The translations under genes were made by a program, and so were the position numbers. A DNA stretch of 64,000 nt from NCBI GenBank assembly GCA_965204375.1, contig OZ241986.1, positions 5,376,001 to 5,440,000 of the forward strand. Reading direction: 5' to 3'. The notes beneath the pieces were generated by a model, which saw only the letters and a program-made list of their open reading frames with translations, ran no database searches and was not told where the DNA came from. Position 1 is the first letter of the stretch. Each line of letters starts with the position of its first letter. Below are positions 27,284 to 41,796 of the stretch, in pieces. The DNA comes from Candidatus Latescibacterota bacterium (lineage in GTDB: Bacteria > Latescibacterota > UBA2968).

Positions 27284-28309
27284 ATGGAGAAAAATTTGAA
27301 GACAATACTCATTACAGGCGGTGCCGGGTTTATCGGCAGCCATTTTGTGCGATATGTTCTCAATACGTATCGCGATTATCGCGTTATCAATTTGGACAAG
27401 CTGACGTACGCGGGCAATCTGGATAATTTGCTGGATGTTGCGGAGAGTCCCCGATATGAATTTGTGCGAGGGGATATTTGCGATGCCGGGTTGGTCAATG
27501 ATTTGATGCAGCGGGTTGATCTGGTGGTGAATTTTGCTGCGGAGAGCCATGTGGATCGGAGCATTATGGGTGCCGAGGAGTTTATGAAGTCCAATGCGCT
27601 GGGTGTGTACACATTGCTCGCTGCAGCGCGAGATTGCGGTGTTGAGCGGTTTTTGCAGGTGAGTACAGATGAGGTGTATGGGTCTTTGGAAGAGGACGAA
27701 GATCCGTGGACGGAGGATGCACCGATTGCGCCACGCAATCCGTATGCGGTGGCGAAAGCGTCAGGGGATATGATGGCGCGGGCATTTGCCATTACTTATG
27801 GTTTGCCCGTGGTGATTACGCGTGCGTCCAATAATATTGGGGGGTTTCAATATCCCGAGAAGCGCGTACCCATTTATATTACCAATGCGATGGATGATCT
27901 TGCATTGCCCGTGTATGGCGCGGGGACGGCGATTCGCGATCATCTCTATGTGACGGATCACTGCGAGGCGATTGATCTGGTGCTGCACAAGGGCGCGCAA
28001 GGCGAGGCGTATAATGTGGGGGGTGAGAATGAGGCGGATGGTCTTTCTGTTGCGGAAAAGATTCTGGAGTGTTTGGAGAAGCCAAGAAATTTGATGCAGC
28101 ATGTGGCTGATCGACCTGGGCACGATATGCGGTATTCGTTGGATGCATCAAAAATTATGGCACTGGGGTGGCAGCCGAAGTACAATTTTGAAGAGGCATT
28201 GCGTCTGACGGTTGAGTGGTATTTGGGCAATGAAGACTGGTGGCGCAAAATTCGAGATAGTGCGGATTATCGAGAATATTACAGGCGGCAGTACACAGAA
28301 CGCGAATGA
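27284..28309 (+). CDS. rfbB: dTDP-glucose 4,6-dehydratase
   Basis: GGAGFIGS, DKLTYAGN, AAESHVDRSI, STDEVYG, YAVAK, DRPGHD. Confidence 0.93.
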   Translation: MEKNLKTILITGGAGFIGSHFVRYVLNTYRDYRVINLDKLTYAGNLDNLLDVAESPRYEFVRGDICDAGLVNDLMQRVDLVVNFAAESHVDRSIMGAEEFMKSNALGVYTLLAAARDCGVERFLQVSTDEVYGSLEEDEDPWTEDAPIAPRNPYAVAKASGDMMARAFAITYGLPVVITRASNNIGGFQYPEKRVPIYITNAMDDLALPVYGAGTAIRDHLYVTDHCEAIDLVLHKGAQGEAYNVGGENEADGLSVAEKILECLEKPRNLMQHVADRPGHDMRYSLDASKIMALGWQPKYNFEEALRLTVEWYLGNEDWWRKIRDSADYREYYRRQYTERE

Positions 28310-28390
28310 AGCGGATGAAAAACCATAAAGATGTGAATCCTTCAAATGGATAAGTGATACAAATCTTTCATCTGACCACCCCTCCATGGT

Positions 28391-28466
28391 TCAAAATGTA
28401 CCCTTTCGCCTTTCATCTGTGCCCATCTGCGTCCATCTGCGGATTTAAATTCAGGTTGTGAACAAG
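28391..28466 (-). repeat. Inverted copy of the 23949-24049 element
   Basis: See 23949-24049. Confidence 0.85.
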
Positions 28467-28502
28467 GGCATAATACGGGTATTTGATGCTGTCCATACAA
28501 TT

Positions 28503-28539
28503 TGTCGCGCCATGCTGCGACATTGGCATGATATTTGCT
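28503..28539 (+). promoter_or_regulatory. Putative sigma54 promoter with an adjacent palindrome
   Basis: TGGCAT-N5-TTGCT at 28524-28539; TGTCGC-N8-GCGACA at 28503-28522. Confidence 0.55.
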
Positions 28540-28640
28540 TTGGATTCTGACAGTTGCGTGTGTTCCAAATCAAGAAGGGTCTCATGGATCTCATCTGTGA
28601 ATCATTGGAGACTTGACGCGACGTGTGAAATCAAATAGAT

Positions 28641-28940
28641 TTGGATATGTTTGGGTCACTGGCAGAAAAGGGATTGCACATGGCTGTTGAAACCATTGAA
28701 GGCATTGCCCAAAAGCAAGCCAAACAAGAGGGGCAATTTGACCAGTTCAGCAAACGCTTTGAGGACGCTCAAATGATGCTGGTTCAGGCAATCAACGGCC
28801 TGCGCGAAGACAACAAGTTTTTGCTCTCGCGTGTTGACGCAGTGGATAGCAAAATCGGCGAGGTCAACCGCTGGCGTTGGGCAACAACGATTGCGGCGGT
28901 TATTGCAGCGTGTGCGCTCTATCGTGTTTTTTTTCCGTGA
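28641..28940 (+). CDS. Hypothetical coiled-coil protein with a C-terminal TM helix
   Basis: Helical N-terminal region, then WRWATTIAAVIAACALY; start uncertain. Confidence 0.6.
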   Translation: MDMFGSLAEKGLHMAVETIEGIAQKQAKQEGQFDQFSKRFEDAQMMLVQAINGLREDNKFLLSRVDAVDSKIGEVNRWRWATTIAAVIAACALYRVFFP

Positions 28941-28962
28941 CTCAAAGGAGGGCAGGAATCTC

Positions 28963-29145
28963 ATGCTTGTTCCAATTGAAAAATATCGCAGAAAACGCTA
29001 CGAAGAAGGTCGGCAAGAAGGTCGGCAAGAGGGATATCAGGAAGTATTTGCGACAATTCAAGAGAAATATCCGAATATTGACCTGGCGGTCATCCGTGCT
29101 GCACTAAAAGAGAAAAATGGGAATGCAATAGACGATCACAAATAA
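28963..29145 (+). CDS. Small protein resembling the Rpn C-terminal domain
   Basis: EEGRQEGRQEG repeat; AAGGAGG SD. Confidence 0.55.
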   Translation: MLVPIEKYRRKRYEEGRQEGRQEGYQEVFATIQEKYPNIDLAVIRAALKEKNGNAIDDHK

Positions 29146-29159
29146 ACGACATTTTGACA

Positions 29160-29272
29160 ATGGGGAATTAGAGCAGAGGAGCAGCGCGCGCCATTGAATA
29201 TCTTTTGAAGATTCGCTTTGATATCTACAATTCGGAGTGTCTGAACGATTGTGTACAGAATGGGAAATATTA
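29160..29272 (+). pseudogene. Degraded Rpn C-terminal fragment
   Basis: RAIEYLLKIRFDI compared with AAILEVLEIRFDL in 22861..23781; no intact start. Confidence 0.4.
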
Positions 29273-29308
29273 AAAAACGCCCCGGCGATATTTGTCGGGG
29301 CACTTTTT
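29272..29308. terminator. Probable bidirectional intrinsic terminator
   Basis: aaaaacgccccggcga-tatt-tgtcggggcacttttt between convergent genes. Confidence 0.6.
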
Positions 29309-29324
29309 ATTTTCAACGACTTTT

Positions 29325-29357
29325 TAATCCGCGTCATCCGTTAATCCGCGTCATCCG
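29325..29357. repeat. 16-bp tandem repeat overlapping the uvrA stop
   Basis: taatccgcgtcatccg x2. Confidence 0.75.
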
Positions 29358-32095
29358 CGATACTCTTTGAGGAAGCGGCCCGTGTGGGAAGATGGATTTT
29401 GGGCGATGGTTTCTGGGGTGCCGGTTGCGACGATGTTGCCGCCGTGTTCGCCTGCGTCGGGTCCGAGATCAATGACCCAGTCTGCGCGTTTGACGACGTC
29501 GAGGTTGTGCTCTATGACGAGGACGGTGTTGCCGCGGTCAACGAGGCGGTCGAGGACTTCGATGAGGACGCGGATGTCGTCGAAGTGCAATCCCGTGGTG
29601 GGTTCGTCGAGGAGGTAAAGCGTTTTGCCCGTGGCGGTTCGCGCCAGTTCGGTTGCGAGTTTGACGCGCTGTGCCTCGCCGCCAGAGAGGGATGTGGCCG
29701 GTTGACCGAGGCGGAGATAACCCAGGCCCACGTCGGCGAGGGATTTGAGTTGTCGCTGTGCCGCCGGGATGTTGCGGAAGAAGGTGCGGGCACGATTTAC
29801 AGTGAGGTTTAAGACGTCGGCAATTGAACTGCCTTTGTACCGGATTTCGAGGGTTTCTCTGTTGTATCGGCTGCCACCGCATACGTCGCAGATGACGAAG
29901 ACATCGGGGAGGAAGTGCATTTCGATGCGGCGCACGCCATCGCCCTGGCAGGCTTCGCAGCGCCCGCCTTTGATGTTGAAGCTGAAGCGCCCGGCGCCGT
30001 AACCGCGAACTCTGGATTCGGGCAATTGGGCGTAGAGTTCGCGTATTGCTGTGAAGAGGCCCGTGTATGTGGCGGCATTTGATCGCGGGGTGCGCCCGAT
30101 TGGGGATTGGTCTATGCGTATGACTTTGTCGATTTGGTCAATGCCTTCGATAGATGTGTGGGGTAAGGGTTCTGTGCTGGCGCGGTGGAGTTGCCGGGCG
30201 AGCGCGGGATACAGGGTGTGATTGATGAGCGAGCTTTTGCCCGAGCCAGATACGCCGGTGACGCATACAAAGATCCCCAGTGGGATATCGATATTGACGT
30301 TTTGCAAGTTGTGTCCGCTGGCGCCCCTGATTGAGAGATGCCCGCGGGGGTGGCGAATGTCGGGGGGGAGAGGGATGGATTTTCGACCGGCGAGATAATT
30401 GCCGGTGAGAGAATTTTCGTCTGCGATTACGGTTTCTGGCGGTCCCTGTGAGATAATTTTGCCGCCGTGTTCACCCGCGCCCGGTCCCAGGTCGATGAGA
30501 TGGTCGGCCATTTGAATGGCTTCGCGGTCGTGTTCGACCACGATGACCGAGTTGCCCAAGTCGCGCAGGTTGCAGAAGGTGTCGATGAGTTTGCGATTGT
30601 CGCGGGGGTGCAGGCCAATGCTGGGTTCGTCGAGTACGTAGAGTACACCGACGAGGCGAGTTCCGATTTGTGTGGCGAGGCGAATGCGCTGAAATTCACC
30701 TCCTGAAAGTGTTGCGGCTCTGCGGTTGAGTGCGAGGTACCCCACGCCGACATCGACGAGAAATGCGAGGCGGTTTTCGATTTCGCGTATGAGGGGGGCA
30801 GCGATTTCAGCCGCGTTGTTTTTGAGGTTGAGCGTTTGGAAGAATTGCCTGATTTTTTCTATGGGCATGCTGGCAATGTCGGCAATTGTAGAATTGGAAA
30901 TTGTGACGGCAAGAGCTTCTGGCCGCAAGCACGCACCCTGGCAGGCAGGGCAGGTTTGCCCGCGCATAAAACGCTCGATTTTTTCCCGCGCTTCGTCGGA
31001 TGTAGCCGTTTTGTATTGGTGCTGGAGGTCGGGTATGACGCCTGTTTTTCCTCTGAGGATTGCTCTTTGGACGGTTTTGGAAAGTTTGGAAAAGGGCGTT
31101 GAGGGATCAAAGGAGAGATTGCGCGATAGGCGTTGAAGTTGTTCTACCTGGCGTTTGCCTTTGGGGATACCCCAGGGGGCAATCGCGCCTTCGAGGATGG
31201 ATTTTGACGGATCGGGCACGACGAGGTCGGGATCGACTTCAAAAACAGTGCCCATACCGCTGCAAGTGGGGCAAGCGCCGTGCGGGCTGTTGAATGTGAA
31301 GAGGCGCGGTTCTATTTCTTCGATTTCAAAGTGGCCTTCTGTGCAGGCATAGCGCGTGGAAAAGGTCCATTCCTCGTCGTCGATAATGTCGAGTGTGGCT
31401 GTGCCGTTGGCAAGGTCGAGGGCTGTTTCGAGTGAGTCTGCGAGGCGCGCGGCCATGTTTTCGCGCACAATGAGGCGGTCGATGACGGCTTCGATGTTGT
31501 GCGCTGTTTTTTTATCGAGAACGATATCGCTGTCCAGTGACATAACCTCGCCATTGACGCGCACCCTGAGATAGCCTTCCTTGCGTAACTGGTTAAAAAT
31601 ACTCAGGTGGGTGCCCTTGGCATTTCGGATCAGGGGCGCGAGGATTTGAAGGCGTTGTCTTTCGGGCAGTGCGAGCACGCGATCGACAATTTGCGCGGTG
31701 GTCTGGCGCACAATAGGCTGGCTGCATATCGGACAATGCGGCATACCTATTCTGGCGAATAAGAGACGCAAGTAGTCATAGACTTCGGTTATGGTGCCCA
31801 CTGTTGATCGCGGTGTGCGGGGGATGCCGCGTTGTTGAATTGCCACAGCAGGCGAGAGACCTTCTATGCTGTCGGCATCGGGTTTGTCCATGAGATCGAG
31901 AAATTGCCGCGCATAAGCGGATAGCGATTCCACATAACGGCGTTGTCCTTCGGCGTAGATGGTGTCGAAGGCCAGCGATGATTTGCCCGACCCCGAGGGT
32001 CCGGTGATGACGACCAGGCGGTTGCGCGGAATGTCCAGGTCGATATTTTTGAGGTTGTGCTGGCGCGCACCTCTGATGGTGATTGTATCGCTCAT
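29351..32095 (-). CDS. uvrA: Excinuclease ABC subunit A
   Basis: [11 protein letters not shown], two [10 protein letters not shown] motifs, LSGGE signatures, Zn fingers; start ATG at 32095. Confidence 0.98.
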   Translation of the reverse strand: MSDTITIRGARQHNLKNIDLDIPRNRLVVITGPSGSGKSSLAFDTIYAEGQRRYVESLSAYARQFLDLMDKPDADSIEGLSPAVAIQQRGIPRTPRSTVGTITEVYDYLRLLFARIGMPHCPICSQPIVRQTTAQIVDRVLALPERQRLQILAPLIRNAKGTHLSIFNQLRKEGYLRVRVNGEVMSLDSDIVLDKKTAHNIEAVIDRLIVRENMAARLADSLETALDLANGTATLDIIDDEEWTFSTRYACTEGHFEIEEIEPRLFTFNSPHGACPTCSGMGTVFEVDPDLVVPDPSKSILEGAIAPWGIPKGKRQVEQLQRLSRNLSFDPSTPFSKLSKTVQRAILRGKTGVIPDLQHQYKTATSDEAREKIERFMRGQTCPACQGACLRPEALAVTISNSTIADIASMPIEKIRQFFQTLNLKNNAAEIAAPLIREIENRLAFLVDVGVGYLALNRRAATLSGGEFQRIRLATQIGTRLVGVLYVLDEPSIGLHPRDNRKLIDTFCNLRDLGNSVIVVEHDREAIQMADHLIDLGPGAGEHGGKIISQGPPETVIADENSLTGNYLAGRKSIPLPPDIRHPRGHLSIRGASGHNLQNVNIDIPLGIFVCVTGVSGSGKSSLINHTLYPALARQLHRASTEPLPHTSIEGIDQIDKVIRIDQSPIGRTPRSNAATYTGLFTAIRELYAQLPESRVRGYGAGRFSFNIKGGRCEACQGDGVRRIEMHFLPDVFVICDVCGGSRYNRETLEIRYKGSSIADVLNLTVNRARTFFRNIPAAQRQLKSLADVGLGYLRLGQPATSLSGGEAQRVKLATELARTATGKTLYLLDEPTTGLHFDDIRVLIEVLDRLVDRGNTVLVIEHNLDVVKRADWVIDLGPDAGEHGGNIVATGTPETIAQNPSSHTGRFLKEYRG

Positions 32096-32109
32096 AGGTG
32101 TGATGATAA

Positions 32110-32146
32110 AAAATTCAGGCACTTAAATTTTAAGTGCCTGAAAAAT
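32110..32146 (-). terminator. Hairpin downstream of tRNA-Arg
   Basis: ttcaggcacttaa-att-ttaagtgcctgaa. Confidence 0.65.
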
Positions 32147-32150
32147 AAAG

Positions 32151-32224
32151 TGCGGCAGAGAGGACTCGAACCCCCAACCCTCTGGTCCGAAGCCAGATGC
32201 TCTGTCCAATTGAGCTACTGCCGC
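32151..32224 (-). tRNA. tRNA-Arg(UCG)
   Basis: Cloverleaf; anticodon arm TCTGG-CTTCGGA-CCAGA; GTTCGAG T-loop; CCA not encoded. Confidence 0.93.
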
Positions 32225-32343
32225 TGTGCAAATAATATACGGATTGTGGTCGTGTTTTGCAAGTGGATGAATTAGCTTGACAGTGAGAGGTGTAATTAAG
32301 ATGTTGTCTTGAAATACCATTTGTCTTTTCACGGAGGTGTAAT

Positions 32344-33633
32344 TTGAATGCGCGTTCAAAAACGCTATTTGACGCAGCAAAACAGGTGATTCCCGGTGGT
32401 GTGAATAGTCCCGCAAGAGCTTATGGTCCCGTAGGTGGTGATCCGCTCTTTATTGTGAAAGGAGAGGGGGCGCGAATTGTCGATGCCGATGGGAGATCTT
32501 ATATCGATTTTGTGGGGTCCTGGGGACCGCTTATTTTGGGCCATGCACATCCGGAAATTGTTGCGGCTGTCAATGCAGCGGCTGCTGAGGGCACGAGTTT
32601 TGGCGCGCCGACAGAAATCGAAGTGAAGATGGCCCAATTGGTCACTGAAATGGTGCCGAGCGTGGAAATGGTGCGGATGGTAAATTCGGGTACCGAAGCC
32701 ACGATGTCGGCTATTCGGCTGGCTCGCGGACACACGGGGCGAAACAAAATTGTCAAATTTGAGGGATGCTGGCACGGGCATGCCGATAGTTTTCTGATTC
32801 AGGCGGGGTCTTCAGCACTTACGATGGGCGCGCCGAGCAGTCCGGGGGTTACACCTGGAACTGCAGCGGATTCGATTACTGTGCCTTTTAATGATCTGGA
32901 AGCTGTTGAAAAAGCCGTTGTGGAAAATAAAGATGAGATCGCTGCTGTTATTGTTGAGCCTGTGGCTGGCAATATGGGAGTGATTCCGCCAGCGCCGGGG
33001 TTTTTGCAGGGTTTGAGAGATATAACGGCAGAAATGGGCATTGTGCTGATTTTTGACGAGGTCATCACAGGGTTTCGCGTTAGTCAGGGTGGTGCGCAGG
33101 AGCATTATGGGGTGACGCCCGATTTGACGACTTTGGGAAAGATTATTGGCGGTGGGCTGCCCGTTGGTGCTTTTGGAGGTAGGCGAGAAATTATGTCAGA
33201 TATTTCACCGCTGGGAAAAATGGTGTCGCAGGCTGGCACATTGTCGGGCAATCCCCTGGCTATGACAGCGGGATATGAGACACTCCGACGATTGCAAGAA
33301 CCGGGTGTTTATGAGGCGTTGGAGGCAAGAGCGCAGGCGCTGGAGACTGGTATTCTGGAGAATTTAAAGGCTCTGGGACTGAATTATCAGACCAATCGGG
33401 TGGGTTCAATTATGACTTTGTTTTTTACGGAAGTACCTGTGACGTCATTCGATGCTGCCAATGCGTGTGATCAGGATTTGTTCGCCCGATATTTTCGAGA
33501 GATGCTCAATCGAGGTGTTTATCTGGCTCCGTCGCAGTTTGAGGCTGCGTTTGTCTCTCTGGCCCATTCTGACGCGGATATTGACAAGACTATAAAGGCA
33601 AATTACGAAGCTCTGAAAGCATGTATTCGATAA
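32344..33633 (+). CDS. hemL: Glutamate-1-semialdehyde 2,1-aminomutase
   Basis: [51 protein letters not shown]. Confidence 0.96.
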   Translation: MNARSKTLFDAAKQVIPGGVNSPARAYGPVGGDPLFIVKGEGARIVDADGRSYIDFVGSWGPLILGHAHPEIVAAVNAAAAEGTSFGAPTEIEVKMAQLVTEMVPSVEMVRMVNSGTEATMSAIRLARGHTGRNKIVKFEGCWHGHADSFLIQAGSSALTMGAPSSPGVTPGTAADSITVPFNDLEAVEKAVVENKDEIAAVIVEPVAGNMGVIPPAPGFLQGLRDITAEMGIVLIFDEVITGFRVSQGGAQEHYGVTPDLTTLGKIIGGGLPVGAFGGRREIMSDISPLGKMVSQAGTLSGNPLAMTAGYETLRRLQEPGVYEALEARAQALETGILENLKALGLNYQTNRVGSIMTLFFTEVPVTSFDAANACDQDLFARYFREMLNRGVYLAPSQFEAAFVSLAHSDADIDKTIKANYEALKACIR

Positions 33634-34103
33634 AAAAAATACTGCCAGTACTTTTGCTTTTTTTATGTGGCTGTAGCTCTCCACATGGCGATTATCTTCG
33701 GCAATTGCGATCGGGGACGGTTGATCAGCGCGTTGATGCGGCTGCCTTTTTGGGTGCACAGCGCGTTTTTGAGGCTGTTCCCCATTTGCGCGCTGCTTTG
33801 CGCGATTCTGCCACACCTGTGCGCACAAAGGCCGCCTGGGCGTTGGGAATGTTGCGGGCGAAGGAGGCATTGCGCGACCTGATCCGAATGCTTGGAGACA
33901 AAGATCGGGATGTGCGCCAGATTGTCGCATGGACATTGATGCAAATTGAAGAGCCGGAAGCCATTTCAGCACTTGAACGCGCTATGGCGTCTGAACCCGA
34001 CGCATGGGTAAAAAAAGATATGGAGCGGGCAGTGCGCTATTTGAGGCAGTTTGATGGCGAAGCAGATGTTGAAGAAAGTCGTGTGAGAGGGGAGTTTTTT
34101 TGA
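33621..34103 (+). CDS. HEAT-repeat lipoprotein
   Basis: KK, hydrophobic stretch and LCGC lipobox; [10 protein letters not shown]-type repeats. Confidence 0.75.
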   Translation: MYSIKKILPVLLLFLCGCSSPHGDYLRQLRSGTVDQRVDAAAFLGAQRVFEAVPHLRAALRDSATPVRTKAAWALGMLRAKEALRDLIRMLGDKDRDVRQIVAWTLMQIEEPEAISALERAMASEPDAWVKKDMERAVRYLRQFDGEADVEESRVRGEFF

Positions 34104-34110
34104 AAATAGT

Positions 34111-34256
34111 TTGACTTTCGCGCTCTTGTTTTATATATTTCGCGCTCTGCACCCAAAATGGTGTAGAATTTTGCTTGACTTGCGAAAGTCGATTTGATAA
34201 ATTTACTCTTCACCGGCACTTTGTAAGTCAAGAGTGCCTATTTTGTTCTTTGAAAA
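34111..34256 (+). promoter_or_regulatory. Tandem rrn promoters and boxA
   Basis: TTGACT-N17-TATATT (34111-34139); TTGACT-N17-TAAATT (34175-34203); boxA-like TGTTCTTTGAAA at ~34244 (second boxA at ~36240). Confidence 0.7.
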
Positions 34257-34362
34257 TCAAATAACGTGCATGTGTTATTCAAAAGCTTGGTAGGTTCTCA
34301 AGGTTTCTTGGGAATTTCAGTAATTTGCAAAAAAAGCCCATAATTATGGGCACTCTCATTTT

Positions 34363-35913
<1,551 letters not shown>

Positions 35914-36029
35914 GGGAGACGCGATGTAAGGCTACAGGCGCTTACATCTACTCCTAAGGTCAATACCAGGTTTGGCATGTGCACGTTATTTGGTTTTTAA
36001 AGCCGGGATTTTTCCCGGCTTTTTAAGGC

Positions 36030-36106
36030 GGGCCTATAGCTCAGTTGGTTAGAGCGCGCGCCTGATAAGCGCGAGGTCAGTGGTTCAACTCCACTTAGGC
36101 CCACCA
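36030..36106 (+). tRNA. tRNA-Ile(GAU)
   Basis: Anticodon loop CTGATAA; CCA end; in the rrn spacer. Confidence 0.97.
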
Positions 36107-36121
36107 AACTACAAAATATTT

Positions 36122-36196
36122 GGGGATATAGCTCAGATGGGAGAGCGCCGGCTTTGCAAGCCGGAGGTCACCGGTTCGATCCCGGTTATCTCCACC
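36122..36196 (+). tRNA. tRNA-Ala(UGC)
   Basis: Anticodon loop TTTGCAA; G3:U70 pair; CCA end. Confidence 0.97.
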
Positions 36197-36337
36197 AAAG
36201 ATGTAATGTATTTTATAGAACGCTCGGGATTTTCCCGACTGCTCTTTGACAATTGAATATGAATTGGGTATAAATTCGCCAAACTGAAGTATGGATTCTT
36301 TGCAGAGCACAGTAGTGATCTGCTGAAAACTTGTTTT

Positions 36338-39367
<3,030 letters not shown>

Positions 39368-39436
39368 TTTTATACATTTTTCAGCAGATCGCTTCTGTGC
39401 TTTGTTTGGCACCCAATTCGTATTCAATTAAATTTT

Positions 39437-39554
<118 letters not shown>

Positions 39555-39559
39555 ATTTT

Positions 39560-39593
39560 AAAAAGCCCGGACATAAAAATCCGGGCTTTTTTT
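39560..39593 (+). terminator. rrn terminator
   Basis: aaaagcccgga-loop-tccgggcttttttt. Confidence 0.8.
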
Positions 39594-39707
39594 GTGTTAT
39601 ACAAGATCAAAAGAGTACTTGACAAAACCCATTTGTTTTGCAATTATACGCGCCTTATTTTCCGAATTTTAAAACGAGTATTTAATACTGGTATTAAGGA
39701 GGTTACA

Positions 39708-41789
39708 GTGAATAGATATACACCTGAAGATATCAGGAACATCGCCCTGTCGGGACACGGCGGCACGGGCAAAACGTCCGTTGCCGAAGCCATGATGTTT
39801 TCTGCCGGTGCGACCAATCGACTCGGGTCTGTGGATGAGGGGAATACGCTGTCGGATTATACCGATGCAGAGGTTGAGCGCAAAATCTCTATCAGTACGT
39901 CCATGTTGCACTGCGATTGGAAGGGCACCAAAATGAATATTCTGGATGCTCCGGGTTATGCCGACTTTATTGGCGATGCAAAAGCCGCGATTTGGGCATC
40001 TGATATTGCTCTTACGCTGGTCAATGCGGCCAGTGGCGTGGAGATTGGAACGGATAAGGCATTCGGTTTTGCCGATGAATTTAATCGCGCAACTGTGTTT
40101 TTAATCAATCACGTCGATAGGGAATTTGCCGATTGCGATGGTGCGTTTTCCGCAATTCAAGAGCATTTTGGAAATGGGGCTGTCCCCTTTCAGATTCCGG
40201 TCAATGCCGGTGAAGGGTTTAATCAGATTATCGATATTTTGCAGATGAAATTGGTAACCTATACCGATGGCAAAGCTGAGGCTTCAGAGATTCCCGAAGA
40301 ATGGCAAGATCAGGCTGAGGACTTGAGGGAACAGGTGGTTGAAGGGATTGCTGAGAGTGATGACGATTTGATTGAGAGCTATTTAGAAGAAGGGGAATTG
40401 ACAGATGAAGAGATCGCACAAGGGATAAAAATCGGGATGGCCAATCGCACTTTGTTTCCCATTTTTGTGAGTGCTGCCAGCAAAAATATCGGTGCCGACT
40501 TATTGCTCGATTTTTTGTCTTCCTTCGCGCCGGGTCCGCTCGACTTGCCAATTCCCACAGCATATAAAGAGGGATCTGAAGAAGAAGTGGCACTTGCCGT
40601 AAGCGATGATGACCCTCTGGCTGCTGTGGTGTTCAAAACGATTTCTGAGTCTGTGGGTGATCTGTCATTTTTGCGCGTGTATTCCGGCAGTGTCCAATCT
40701 GGCGACGATGTATTTAATCCCAATGGCCGAGTCAATGAGCGCATCGGTCAAATTTATTCGATGAGTGGCGGAAAGCGCGAGGATATGGACGTTGTGGGTG
40801 CGGGTGATATCGGCGCGTTGATCAAGCTAAAGGATACGCATACGGGCAATACCCTTTGCAGCAGAAACACGCGCTTGCAAATTCAGCCGGTCGAATTTCC
40901 ACATCCTTTGATTCGCGTGGCGGTAGAACCCAAATCGCGTGGCGACGAAGACAAAATTAGCGCGGGATTGCAGAGCATTCACGAAGAAGATCCGAGCTTT
41001 GTCGCCGGGTATGATTCGGAATTGCGTCAGATTATTGCCCAGGGGCAGGGCGAGTTGCATTTGACGGTTGTGTTTGACAAGTTGAAGAGCAAGTTTGGCG
41101 TGGATATAGAGGTGGGCGTACCGCGAATACCGTATCGCGAGACCATTCAGTCGCGTGCAGAAGCGCAGTATCGGCACAGAAAACAAAGCGGTGGACGCGG
41201 TCAATACGGCGAAGCTTATTTGCGCATCGCGCCCAGGCATCGCGGTGATGGCTTTGAATTTATTGACGAGGTTGTCGGCGGTGCGATTCCCGGAAAATTT
41301 ATTCCGGCAGTTGAAAAGGGTGTCGTGGAATGCATGCAACGCGGTGTGCTCGCCGGATATCCCGTTGTCGATACACAGGTCACGGTTTACGATGGGTCCT
41401 TCCATCCGGTTGACTCTTCTGATATGGCTTTTAAGCTGGCCGGTTCCTTCGCATTTCAAAATGCATTTATGGATGCCAGACCCATTTTGTTAGAGCCTAT
41501 TTACAAAGTCCACGTCGTTGTTCCCGATTCCTATATGGGGGATGTGATGGCAGATCTCAATGGGCGACGCGGGCGCATTCAAGGCATGGATCCCGAAGGC
41601 AATTTCCAGGTCATTCACGCTGAGGTTCCACTGGCCGATCTTTACAAGTATTCGACCTCTTTGCGCTCTATGACGCAAGGCACAGGCGATTATACCATGG
41701 AGTTTTCACACTACGAGCCTGCTCCCCACGATGTGACACAAAAAGTTATTGAGGATTCCGAACACGATCGCGAATTGGTAGAAGCGTGA
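39708..41789 (+). CDS. fusA: Elongation factor G paralogue (EF-G2 type)
   Basis: GHGGTGKT, ERKISI, DAPGYADF, KQSGGRGQYG, DGSFHPVDSS; GTG start with AAGGAGG. Confidence 0.92.
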   Translation: MNRYTPEDIRNIALSGHGGTGKTSVAEAMMFSAGATNRLGSVDEGNTLSDYTDAEVERKISISTSMLHCDWKGTKMNILDAPGYADFIGDAKAAIWASDIALTLVNAASGVEIGTDKAFGFADEFNRATVFLINHVDREFADCDGAFSAIQEHFGNGAVPFQIPVNAGEGFNQIIDILQMKLVTYTDGKAEASEIPEEWQDQAEDLREQVVEGIAESDDDLIESYLEEGELTDEEIAQGIKIGMANRTLFPIFVSAASKNIGADLLLDFLSSFAPGPLDLPIPTAYKEGSEEEVALAVSDDDPLAAVVFKTISESVGDLSFLRVYSGSVQSGDDVFNPNGRVNERIGQIYSMSGGKREDMDVVGAGDIGALIKLKDTHTGNTLCSRNTRLQIQPVEFPHPLIRVAVEPKSRGDEDKISAGLQSIHEEDPSFVAGYDSELRQIIAQGQGELHLTVVFDKLKSKFGVDIEVGVPRIPYRETIQSRAEAQYRHRKQSGGRGQYGEAYLRIAPRHRGDGFEFIDEVVGGAIPGKFIPAVEKGVVECMQRGVLAGYPVVDTQVTVYDGSFHPVDSSDMAFKLAGSFAFQNAFMDARPILLEPIYKVHVVVPDSYMGDVMADLNGRRGRIQGMDPEGNFQVIHAEVPLADLYKYSTSLRSMTQGTGDYTMEFSHYEPAPHDVTQKVIEDSEHDRELVEA

Positions 41790-41796
41790 GGAGATG

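Noticed and set aside
18800-32224. Island integrated at tRNA-Arg
   Set aside because: No integrase and no duplicated tRNA 3' end were seen, and uvrA lies between the island and the tRNA.
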